Positions 50,490 through 56,777 of a DNA stretch of 56,777 nt are shown here, in pieces. The translations under genes and the position numbers were made by a program. Origin of the DNA: Candidatus Geothermincolales bacterium (GTDB taxonomy: Bacteria; Actinomycetota; Geothermincolia; Geothermincolales; RBG-13-55-18); assembly GCA_037478635.1 (NCBI GenBank), contig JBBFMI010000001.1:1-56777 (forward strand), given 5' to 3'. Every line of letters starts with the position of its first letter. Positions within the stretch are counted from its first letter, which is position 1. The notes below the pieces were generated by a model. It was given only the letters and a program-made list of their open reading frames with translations, was not told where the DNA came from and made no database searches.

Positions 50490-50978
50490 ATGGTCGGTAG
50501 CATGAACGGCGCATCAGGCAGGGGGATGTGGCTTGCGGAGACGCTGGCCGTCTTTGGGCTATCCGCTGAGATGGCGATAGGCCCGTCGACGCCCAGGGTC
50601 ATCTACTTCTCGGCCAAAGACCTAGGGGTTAGAGAGGGCAAGAGGTTCGATCACACGGATGACCTCGAACAGGCGCTACGCTGGATCCTGAGAACTGATG
50701 AAGGTCACTGGTCTGTCGTTTTCTGGAAGGATGTGGACGAGGAGGATTTCTGGGAGACGGATGGGAAATTCGCCTTCATCCGCCTGTTGATGAGAGATTG
50801 TCTCGTCAGGGACGCATGCTTGGCGACGGGTATCAGGGTTGGCGGGACCGTCTGCGAAGCCCTTCATGGCTACTGGGCAGGGCTTCTGGAGAGCATTTTC
50901 TCCCGGAGGGTGGACATCTTGACCGAGCACGCCGGTTTTGGGAGCTGCCTTTTGTGCTTGAGGACCACCTCCGGTTGA
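50490..50978 (+). CDS. Hypothetical protein with C-terminal V4R-like (4-vinyl reductase type) small-molecule-binding domain
   Basis: C-terminal VCEALHGYWAGLLESIFSRRVDILTEHAGFGSCLLCL resembles the V4R pattern C-x2-L-x-G-x2-AG ... V-x-V-x-E ... C-x-F. AGGAGAAAG RBS. Pattern resemblance only. Confidence 0.45.
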   Translation: MVGSMNGASGRGMWLAETLAVFGLSAEMAIGPSTPRVIYFSAKDLGVREGKRFDHTDDLEQALRWILRTDEGHWSVVFWKDVDEEDFWETDGKFAFIRLLMRDCLVRDACLATGIRVGGTVCEALHGYWAGLLESIFSRRVDILTEHAGFGSCLLCLRTTSG

Positions 50979-51005
50979 GTCGCCAAGAGGAAAAGGTGAA
51001 GAGTT

Positions 51006-51902
51006 ATGGATAGGTTGGCAATTATACAGCTCGGCTCCTGTGGAGGCTGCCAGCTCTCGCTACTGGATCTCGGGAAAGACTTCCTCGACATCATGGAAAT
51101 GTATTCCATTGAGCATTTTCCGATGATAAGGGAGGGAGAGGAATTCCCGGAGTCTGACCTCGTACTGGTGGAGGGCACGGTGAGACATGCCCGACACTTA
51201 GAGTCACTGAGAAAGGTTAGGGGCAGGGCGAGGACCCTAGTTGCCCTGGGGACATGCGCCGTGTTCGGGGGGGTCCAGGGCCTGGCGAACGTGAGCGGTG
51301 GTGGTAGGTGGGAGGAATCCATTTCCAGGGCTCGTGCGGGCGAGAGCGTCCCGCTATTCACCAGGAGGGTCCTACCACTCGACGCCTATGTGCCGGTGGA
51401 CGTGAGGTTACCCGGTTGTCCGGTGCCCGCCGGGCTTTTGGCATCCTTCCTCAAGGGATCGGCGGAAGGGGCGAGGCCTACCAGGGAATCTGCCACCGTG
51501 TGCGCGGAGTGCCCACTTAGAGGAGGTGGTGAGAAAGGAGGCCCGTTCCGCTTCACCGAGAGGAAAGCCGAATCGGGGATATGTTTTCTGGAGCAGGGTT
51601 TTCTCTGTATGGGGCCACTTACCCGGGACGGTTGCGGCGCCCTTTGCCCCGGATCTTCGGGATACCCCTGTCGGGGATGTCGCGGGCCTTCTGATGGGGC
51701 CTTGATCTTTCAGGAATTGGATCCCATGGTCGAGTCCATCAGGAGGCTTTCCCGCACTGCGAGCAATAAGGATGAACAGGTGGCGGGTTATTTCATGGAC
51801 AGGGCTCACGCGTTTTTCATGTTCTGCGCGGCAGAACCGACATTCCGAGACAGGAGGGTCGGGGGGACTTCTGGGATCGTGTACAGGTTGGGAGGTGAAT
51901 GA
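51006..51902 (+). CDS. [NiFe]-hydrogenase small subunit homologue, group-3 (MvhG/FrhG/HydD)-like, three predicted Fe-S clusters
   Basis: Proximal-cluster motifs GSCGGCQLS, GTCAVFGG, PGCPVP. Distal/medial region VCAECP ... ICFLEQGFLCMGPLTRDGCGALCPGSSGYPCRGCRGP. Confidence 0.8.
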   Translation: MDRLAIIQLGSCGGCQLSLLDLGKDFLDIMEMYSIEHFPMIREGEEFPESDLVLVEGTVRHARHLESLRKVRGRARTLVALGTCAVFGGVQGLANVSGGGRWEESISRARAGESVPLFTRRVLPLDAYVPVDVRLPGCPVPAGLLASFLKGSAEGARPTRESATVCAECPLRGGGEKGGPFRFTERKAESGICFLEQGFLCMGPLTRDGCGALCPGSSGYPCRGCRGPSDGALIFQELDPMVESIRRLSRTASNKDEQVAGYFMDRAHAFFMFCAAEPTFRDRRVGGTSGIVYRLGGE

Positions 51903-51963
51903 GCCCCTCGTTACACCGTGGCCGTGGTAGGCCACTGGGAGGCAGAAGAGGCGGTTGAGAGAT

Positions 51964-53271
51964 ATGGCTACATATGGTCTGGCCAGGGTTTTTGGTGAGG
52001 CCCACCTGAGGGTCGAGGTCGAGGAGGGAGGAAAACCCTCGGTTGGCTTGGCCTGCGAAGGTTACAGGGGTTACGGGATCATCGGCGCAGGATGCCACGG
52101 GGAATTCCTCCCCGACCTCTTATCCAGGCGCTGCGGGGTCGATTCCCTGTATCACAGGATGGCAGCCTGCCTGGCCATGGAAAAGGCCCTGGGAGTGGAA
52201 GTACCGGAAAGCGCCGGGAGGGTTAGGGAGTTGTTATTGGCCTGCCAGCTGTTCCGTCGGCATTCGCTGACCATGACCCTGCACGTACTTCCAGATCTCC
52301 TGTTCCCGGCCTCCGACCCAGGGGTTAGAAACCTGGTGGGACTCTTCCGGGTGGACAGGGACGTGGTGGGGAGGATGATGGCCCTTAACTCTTGGGGGGA
52401 GAGCGTCTTGAGGAATATCTCTGCCCGGGCCGTCCATCCGCTGACCCCGGTGCCGGGCGGACTCACCTTTATTCCGGGTGAGGAGGCCATCGATTGGTTG
52501 AGGAAATCGATCCCCGAGATGATGGGCCTTGCCAGGGAGACCTCGCGCTTGGTCAGGATGTTGTTAAGGCGTAATGAGGACCTGGTGGGAGAACTGGGGA
52601 TACAAGATGGTTCGCAGATGGTGGCGGAAACACCGCCGTTCGGAGGTTCGTGGGTTGGCGTGAATATAGCGGAGTTCACCGGCGAGAGGCGAAAGATCGG
52701 GGCCCTGGATTTGCTGGAGAGGGCTGAAAAGGTCAGCCTGTCCGACACCCTACTGGAGGGTTACCGCGTCTCCGGAGACGGTTACGGGATCCTTACCGGG
52801 CCCCTTTCCAGGATAAACGTGATGGGTTCTTACGGCACCGAGATGGCTGACTCGGAGCTGGAGGAGATCAAGAAGATATGGGGTTTCCCTTTCCGGGGAA
52901 TACTTCTATCCCATGCACTCCGCCTGGCAGAGATGATCATGGCTCTGGAGAAGATAACCGGGCTGATTTCCGAGGCCGATTCCTGGGGGAGGGGGGAGTC
53001 GAGGAACGAAGTCCCCAGGGGAAGTGGCGAAGGGGTCGTAGCCCTTGAGGGAGCGGAAGGCTTGCACCTTCTGAAGGTAAAAGTGGAAGAAGGCTACGTT
53101 TCCGGTACCGAATATGTCGCGCCGTTACAATGGAACCTCGTTGGTATGCTGGATATGCTGGAACGGGAAGGGCAGAAGGTGGGAGAAGACACGGGTGAGG
53201 CTCGATGGCTGAGCAGGTTAGAAGTGGCGGTGAGGGCCTATGCCCCCTGTTTCTTCTGCGCGGCTGGCTGA
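51964..53271 (+). CDS. [NiFe]-hydrogenase large-subunit homologue with degenerate active-site motifs (pseudo-hydrogenase or sensor candidate)
   Basis: Collinear with large-subunit motifs, but RIEGH is RVFGE, RxCGxCxxxH is RRCGVDSLYH, EAPRGxLxH is EVPRGSGEG, PTxWN is APLQWN, and DPCxxCxxH is APCFFCAAG followed by the stop. ATG 51964 (the ORF track lists TTG 51955). Confidence 0.72.
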   Translation: MATYGLARVFGEAHLRVEVEEGGKPSVGLACEGYRGYGIIGAGCHGEFLPDLLSRRCGVDSLYHRMAACLAMEKALGVEVPESAGRVRELLLACQLFRRHSLTMTLHVLPDLLFPASDPGVRNLVGLFRVDRDVVGRMMALNSWGESVLRNISARAVHPLTPVPGGLTFIPGEEAIDWLRKSIPEMMGLARETSRLVRMLLRRNEDLVGELGIQDGSQMVAETPPFGGSWVGVNIAEFTGERRKIGALDLLERAEKVSLSDTLLEGYRVSGDGYGILTGPLSRINVMGSYGTEMADSELEEIKKIWGFPFRGILLSHALRLAEMIMALEKITGLISEADSWGRGESRNEVPRGSGEGVVALEGAEGLHLLKVKVEEGYVSGTEYVAPLQWNLVGMLDMLEREGQKVGEDTGEARWLSRLEVAVRAYAPCFFCAAG

Positions 53272-53297
53272 AATGACGTGGAGGAGGCCTGGCAGTG

Positions 53298-53570
53298 ATG
53301 TCTGAAGCAAGGGTGGAGCTGGATCTTGCAAGATGCGTGGCTTGCCTGGAATGCTTGGAGGTCTGCCCGCGATCTTCCGGCATTGACCACCCCGTGTTCG
53401 ATAGGTCCGAGGAAGGTCTGCCCAAGGTAGCGTATCCGGGCAGTTGCATTTCCTGTCACGATTGTGCCGTGAGATGCAGGGCGATGGCCATACGGATCAA
53501 CGGGAAGTGTTTTCCCCCACCCCGAATGGTCGATCCGGTTCTTTCGAGCAGGATTCAGACCATATACTGA
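53298..53570 (+). CDS. 2x[4Fe-4S] ferredoxin-domain protein
   Basis: CVACLECLEVCP and CISCHDCAVRC (CxxCxxCxxxC twice); GGAGGAGG RBS. ATG 53298 (the ORF track lists GTG 53295). Confidence 0.85.
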   Translation: MSEARVELDLARCVACLECLEVCPRSSGIDHPVFDRSEEGLPKVAYPGSCISCHDCAVRCRAMAIRINGKCFPPPRMVDPVLSSRIQTIY

Positions 53571-53773
53571 TGACCGACGGTTTGAGCATGGATGTGAGTG
53601 ATGTCACCGGGAAGAGTCTACAGCCTCAAAACCTGGTAGCCAGGCTAAACAATTGGGCGGCTTTGACGATACAGTAATAAGCGTTGACCGTGTTATACAC
53701 GAGTAAACTTATGGTAAAAATGGCGTTTGACGAGATCGAGTAAGCATCGGGAATGGGCGGGAGGTGGTAGGTT

Positions 53774-54127
53774 TTGCCGGATCTGAGGAGAGTCCTGGAG
53801 GAACTTGTGGCCACCGGGGCGGTTAAGGCCTGCCTGGTGGTGGGCAGGGATGGTTTCATCATAGAGGCAGTGGGAAGCGATCCCTCCCAACTGGAAGCGG
53901 TGGGCGCTATCGCACCCAGTTCCCTGGGTGCGGCGGAGGTCATCGGACTCGAACTGGCCCAAGGTCCTATGAGCCAGGCCTTGTTCGAGTTCGAGAAGGG
54001 TGCCATCATGATGAGCGCAGTGGGTCCCGATGCCATCCTGGTGAGCATCCTTCCCTCGGGCGCTAACCTCGGGAAGGCCAGGTACGATATCCGGAAGTTC
54101 CTGCCTGCTATCGAGAAAGCCCTGTGA
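53774..54127 (+). CDS. Roadblock/LC7 (MglB-like) domain protein, paralogue 1
   Basis: About 117 aa; AVKACLVVGRDGFIIEAVGSD ... ALFEFEKGAIMMSAVGPDAILVSIL, a typical Robl/LC7 pattern. TTG start after GGAGGTGG. Confidence 0.8.
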   Translation: MPDLRRVLEELVATGAVKACLVVGRDGFIIEAVGSDPSQLEAVGAIAPSSLGAAEVIGLELAQGPMSQALFEFEKGAIMMSAVGPDAILVSILPSGANLGKARYDIRKFLPAIEKAL

Positions 54128-54164
54128 ACGTTGATCTTGTCGATGGTCCAGAGGTGGTGAAAGG

Positions 54165-54539
54165 GTGGCAACCGAGAGGCTGGAAAGGATCAACACGGTC
54201 CTTCGAGAGTTAAGGGCAAACCTTCCCGAGGTGGAAGCGGTGGTGTTGATAAGCAGCGATGCCATGGCCCTGGCTTCGGACATCTCTGACGATTCCGATG
54301 AGGAGATGATAAGTGCCCTGTCGAGTTCCGTGCTGAACATGGGGGAGAGGGCCGCCAGGGACCTCAGGCGAGGGGTGTTGGAGCAGGTGTTCATCAAGGG
54401 TGACCAGGGATCCCTTCTCCTCATGCATTGCGGTCCCCAAGCCCTGCTGTCGTTGATGGTCAAGCCAGAGGCCAAGCTGGGCGTGGTGCTCATGGAGGCT
54501 AAGAGAACGGTAGAGGAACTCTCCAGGCTCTTTGATTAG
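54165..54539 (+). CDS. Roadblock/LC7 (MglB-like) domain protein, paralogue 2
   Basis: LRELRANLPEVEAVVLISSDAMALAS ... QVFIKGDQGSLLLMHCGPQALLSLMV; GTG start after GAGGTGGTG. Confidence 0.8.
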   Translation: MATERLERINTVLRELRANLPEVEAVVLISSDAMALASDISDDSDEEMISALSSSVLNMGERAARDLRRGVLEQVFIKGDQGSLLLMHCGPQALLSLMVKPEAKLGVVLMEAKRTVEELSRLFD

Positions 54540-54590
54540 CCCCGACTCGGTATCCCATGGGATCTGGGAGGAAAAAAGGAGGTAAGATCC

Positions 54591-54989
54591 TTGTCGGAGT
54601 CGCGGGAAGAAAGGCTCAGGAAAGCCCTGCAGGAGCTTATATCGAAGTCAGCCGAGGTCGATGCAGCCGCTGTCGTCAGCATGGACGGATTGGTGATGGC
54701 CTCGGTCCTACCCAACACATTGGAGGAGGATAGGTTAGGGGCCATGTCCGCGGCTTTGCTCAGTCTGGGCGAGAGGACCTCCGAGGAGCTGGGTAGAGGA
54801 GAGCTGGCCCAGGTGTTCGTAGAGGGAAAGGAGGGTTACGTGTTCCTCATGGCCGCAGGACCCGATGCAGTCCTGACGGCCCTGGTCAGAAAGGGCAGCA
54901 AACTGGGATTGGTGTTATACGATGTCAAAGGGGCTGCAAAAAAGATAGCGGAGATAATCGCCTCGGAATTCAAGATTGAGTACGAATAA
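54591..54989 (+). CDS. Roadblock/LC7 (MglB-like) domain protein, paralogue 3
   Basis: LQELISKSAEVDAAAVVSMDGLVMAS ... QVFVEGKEGYVFLMAAGPDAVLTALV; TTG start after AAGGAGGT. Confidence 0.8.
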   Translation: MSESREERLRKALQELISKSAEVDAAAVVSMDGLVMASVLPNTLEEDRLGAMSAALLSLGERTSEELGRGELAQVFVEGKEGYVFLMAAGPDAVLTALVRKGSKLGLVLYDVKGAAKKIAEIIASEFKIEYE

Positions 54990-55093
54990 AACGACATATT
55001 TTATATGAGAATAAATTAGAGGGGTGGATCGACCATCGTCCGGAAGTTCCGCCGTCCTCTTTGGTTTAAAATAATAACAAGAGATGATGAGAG

Positions 55094-56777
55094 ATGGCTC
55101 TTAAGGGCAGTTTGAAGGACTTCAGCCTCCCCGATCTATTCCAGTTGCTGAACTTCAGCAAGAAAAACGGCACGCTTAACCTCGTGAGGGGGAATTCCAG
55201 GGGATATATCTGTTTCCGCAACGGGGAGGTCTTTTTCGCCACCACCAACTGGAAACGGCAATCCCTGGGCATGAAGCTCATGGCCGCGGGACTCATCACC
55301 AAGGAACAACTGGAAGAAGCGCTCGGGTTGCAGCGTACGGAGGCAAAGGGGCAGAGGCTGGGGCAGATCCTGGTGCGTCTGGGATACATAACCCAGGAGC
55401 AACTCGAGGTCTTCGTGGAGGAGCAGATACAGGATGCCGTTTTTGAGATGCTACGCTGGACCGATGGGGAATTCGATTTCCAGCCTGGGGTGGTGTTCCC
55501 GGAGGAGGATATTGGCCTCTCCATCAGCACCGAGGAGCTGATAATGGAAGGCTCCCGGCGTCTGGACGAGTGGAACCGCATCGAGAAGAAGATACCCCAC
55601 CTTGACGTGGTCTTCAGGATGAAGTCAATGCAGGGCAGGGAGGCTGCACAGATTAGCCTGACTCCAGAGGAATGGATGGTGCTCACCTACGTGGATGGCG
55701 AGAGGACGGTCCGCCAGATAGTGGAACTCACGGGGATGAGCACCCTCCAGACCTGCAAGATCCTCTACGGCCTGATCAGCTCCGGTTTGCTTGAAAACGT
55801 TACCCCTCAACCGGAGGAAATAGAAACGGAGAAGAGGTTGGAGGAGCTCGCCCAGGAGCTTGAGCGAGCGGAGCAGGAAGTGACCACCGAGGTTAAGGAA
55901 ACGGAGGTCACGGGAGAGAAGAGAGTCTATCCGGTTGAGGAAGAGATGGGCTTGACCGAGAGGGTGGAAAGCCTGCTCCGGGAGCTGGAAAGGCCGAAGG
56001 AGGAGCTCAGGGAGATCGGGGATACCGAGACCGGTCAGCATGAGGAGACCGTAAAAGAAGCGGAAGACCTTTTGAGGCAACTCGAGGAAGAACGAGAACG
56101 GGAGGTTTATCAGCAGCAGGTCACGGAAGGGTTTGCCGGGGAGATCTCAGAGGAAGAAACCCGATCTTCAACGAGAGCTGAGACGACGTTATCGGGGGAG
56201 ATCTCCCAAGAAGAAGAAGTGGTGGTGGGAGCGGAAGAAACCGAAGAGATCCTGGTGGTGGAAGAGGAGGAGGCCGGGGTCTCCGTGGAGGATGCTTCTG
56301 CCGGGGCGGGAGAGCTGGTCGAGGAGCCGGGGATATCAACCCTTGCCGGTAAGGCCGAGGAAGAACCTTCCGCGGGCATGGCGGTTGAGAGCGATAGACC
56401 AAAAGACCTCCTGAGAGAGAGCCTGGAAGAGGAGAGACGAAGGCTGGAGGAGCTGAAACGACAGACCCTAGCCGATGCACTGGAGGCATCTACAGAGATA
56501 GAGGTGGTAAAAGGCGGCGGAAGGTTGAATGTCCCCGAAGGGCTGATAGATGCTGACGAGACCGTGGAACTCAAACCGTCCCGTCACATCGGTACAGGCG
56601 AGAGAAAGCCCGTACAGGAAGGGGACTTGTTGCACGAAAGCGAGCAAGCCAGAAAGGCGAAGATGTCTTATCTGGCGAAGAAATACGGCATTGATTTTGA
56701 TGAATTGGAGCAAAGGAGAGAGGAAGAACCGAAAGATGCCATAGATACACCTCTTGAAGCAAAGGAGAAAGAGGGAG
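55094..56777 (+). CDS. PATAN/DUF4388-domain protein with helical MshEN/T2SSE_N-like insert and long acidic coiled-coil tail; 3' end outside the window
   Basis: Not in the supplied ORF track because it has no stop. I translated it codon by codon from ATG 55094 (two in-frame TGA codons just upstream) to nt 56777 and found no stop (more than 561 aa). N-terminus [30 protein letters not shown] is the DUF4388/PATAN signature. It continues ...[11 protein letters not shown] and a wHTH-like [30 protein letters not shown]. Confidence 0.8.
   Translation, partial: MALKGSLKDFSLPDLFQLLNFSKKNGTLNLVRGNSRGYICFRNGEVFFATTNWKRQSLGMKLMAAGLITKEQLEEALGLQRTEAKGQRLGQILVRLGYITQEQLEVFVEEQIQDAVFEMLRWTDGEFDFQPGVVFPEEDIGLSISTEELIMEGSRRLDEWNRIEKKIPHLDVVFRMKSMQGREAAQISLTPEEWMVLTYVDGERTVRQIVELTGMSTLQTCKILYGLISSGLLENVTPQPEEIETEKRLEELAQELERAEQEVTTEVKETEVTGEKRVYPVEEEMGLTERVESLLRELERPKEELREIGDTETGQHEETVKEAEDLLRQLEEEREREVYQQQVTEGFAGEISEEETRSSTRAETTLSGEISQEEEVVVGAEETEEILVVEEEEAGVSVEDASAGAGELVEEPGISTLAGKAEEEPSAGMAVESDRPKDLLRESLEEERRRLEELKRQTLADALEASTEIEVVKGGGRLNVPEGLIDADETVELKPSRHIGTGERKPVQEGDLLHESEQARKAKMSYLAKKYGIDFDELEQRREEEPKDAIDTPLEAKEKEG

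Noticed and set aside
50490-50978. The first gene of the hydrogenase-like operon as MvhD (the [2Fe-2S] delta subunit).
   Set aside because: It lacks the N-terminal CNWC-type cysteine motif I associate with MvhD/FlpD. The C-terminus looks V4R-like instead.
53269-53271. TGA stop of the hydrogenase large-subunit homologue as a possible selenocysteine or read-through codon.
   Set aside because: The TGA lies after the CxxC motif rather than at the Sec position of [NiFeSe] enzymes. Read-through would add only 8 residues (NDVEEAWQ) before another TGA, and I saw no SECIS-like hairpin.
56110-56574. Ser/Pro-rich minus-strand ORFs (56110..56574, 56121..56489) and short plus-strand ORFs at the window end.
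   Set aside because: They are antisense or out-of-frame shadows of the Glu-rich (GAG/GAA repeat) tail of the PATAN gene.

Overview
Gene-dense, visibly GC-rich chromosomal segment. Third-codon-position G/C bias produces many long spurious antisense ORFs. I call about 55 CDS, almost all on the + strand and many translationally coupled (ATGA/TGATG overlaps). All calls rest on motifs I recognised by eye; no search was run. Most of the window is core housekeeping in an Actinobacteria-type order: fliA/whiG - rpsB - tsf - pyrH - frr - cdsA - dxr - rseP - ispG - proS; pgsA-like PI(P) synthase - HtrB/PatA-like acyltransferase ... pimA - IMPase; pdxS - pdxT - yebC - ruvC - ruvA - ruvB - queH - queA - tgt - yajC - secD - secF - rel - dtd - MBL hydrolase - hisS - aspS - rarA - iscU - DUF948 - alaS - ruvX - mltG. 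I found no rRNA, tRNA, CRISPR array, transposase or integrase. Two regions stand out. (1) A five-gene block (about 12.0-19.7 kb: WYL regulator, acyl-CoA ligase, TM2 protein, Na+/solute symporter, duplicated CxxC/V4R-like protein) splits the phosphatidylinositol-mannoside lipid genes. (2) The main candidate for an undescribed system is the same-strand cluster from about 50.4 kb to the window end: V4R-like protein, group-3-like [NiFe]-hydrogenase small subunit with intact Fe-S motifs, a hydrogenase large-subunit homologue with degenerate active-site motifs (RxCGxC is RRCGVD; protein ends at the position of the usual maturation cleavage), a 2x[4Fe-4S] ferredoxin, three tandem Roadblock/LC7 (MglB-like) genes, and a PATAN/DUF4388 protein with a tandem MshEN-like (c-di-GMP-receptor-like) motif. 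That last ORF runs off the window and is missing from the supplied ORF track. I read this cluster as a possible redox/H2-sensing pseudo-hydrogenase wired to a small-GTPase-type regulatory module. This is inference only.
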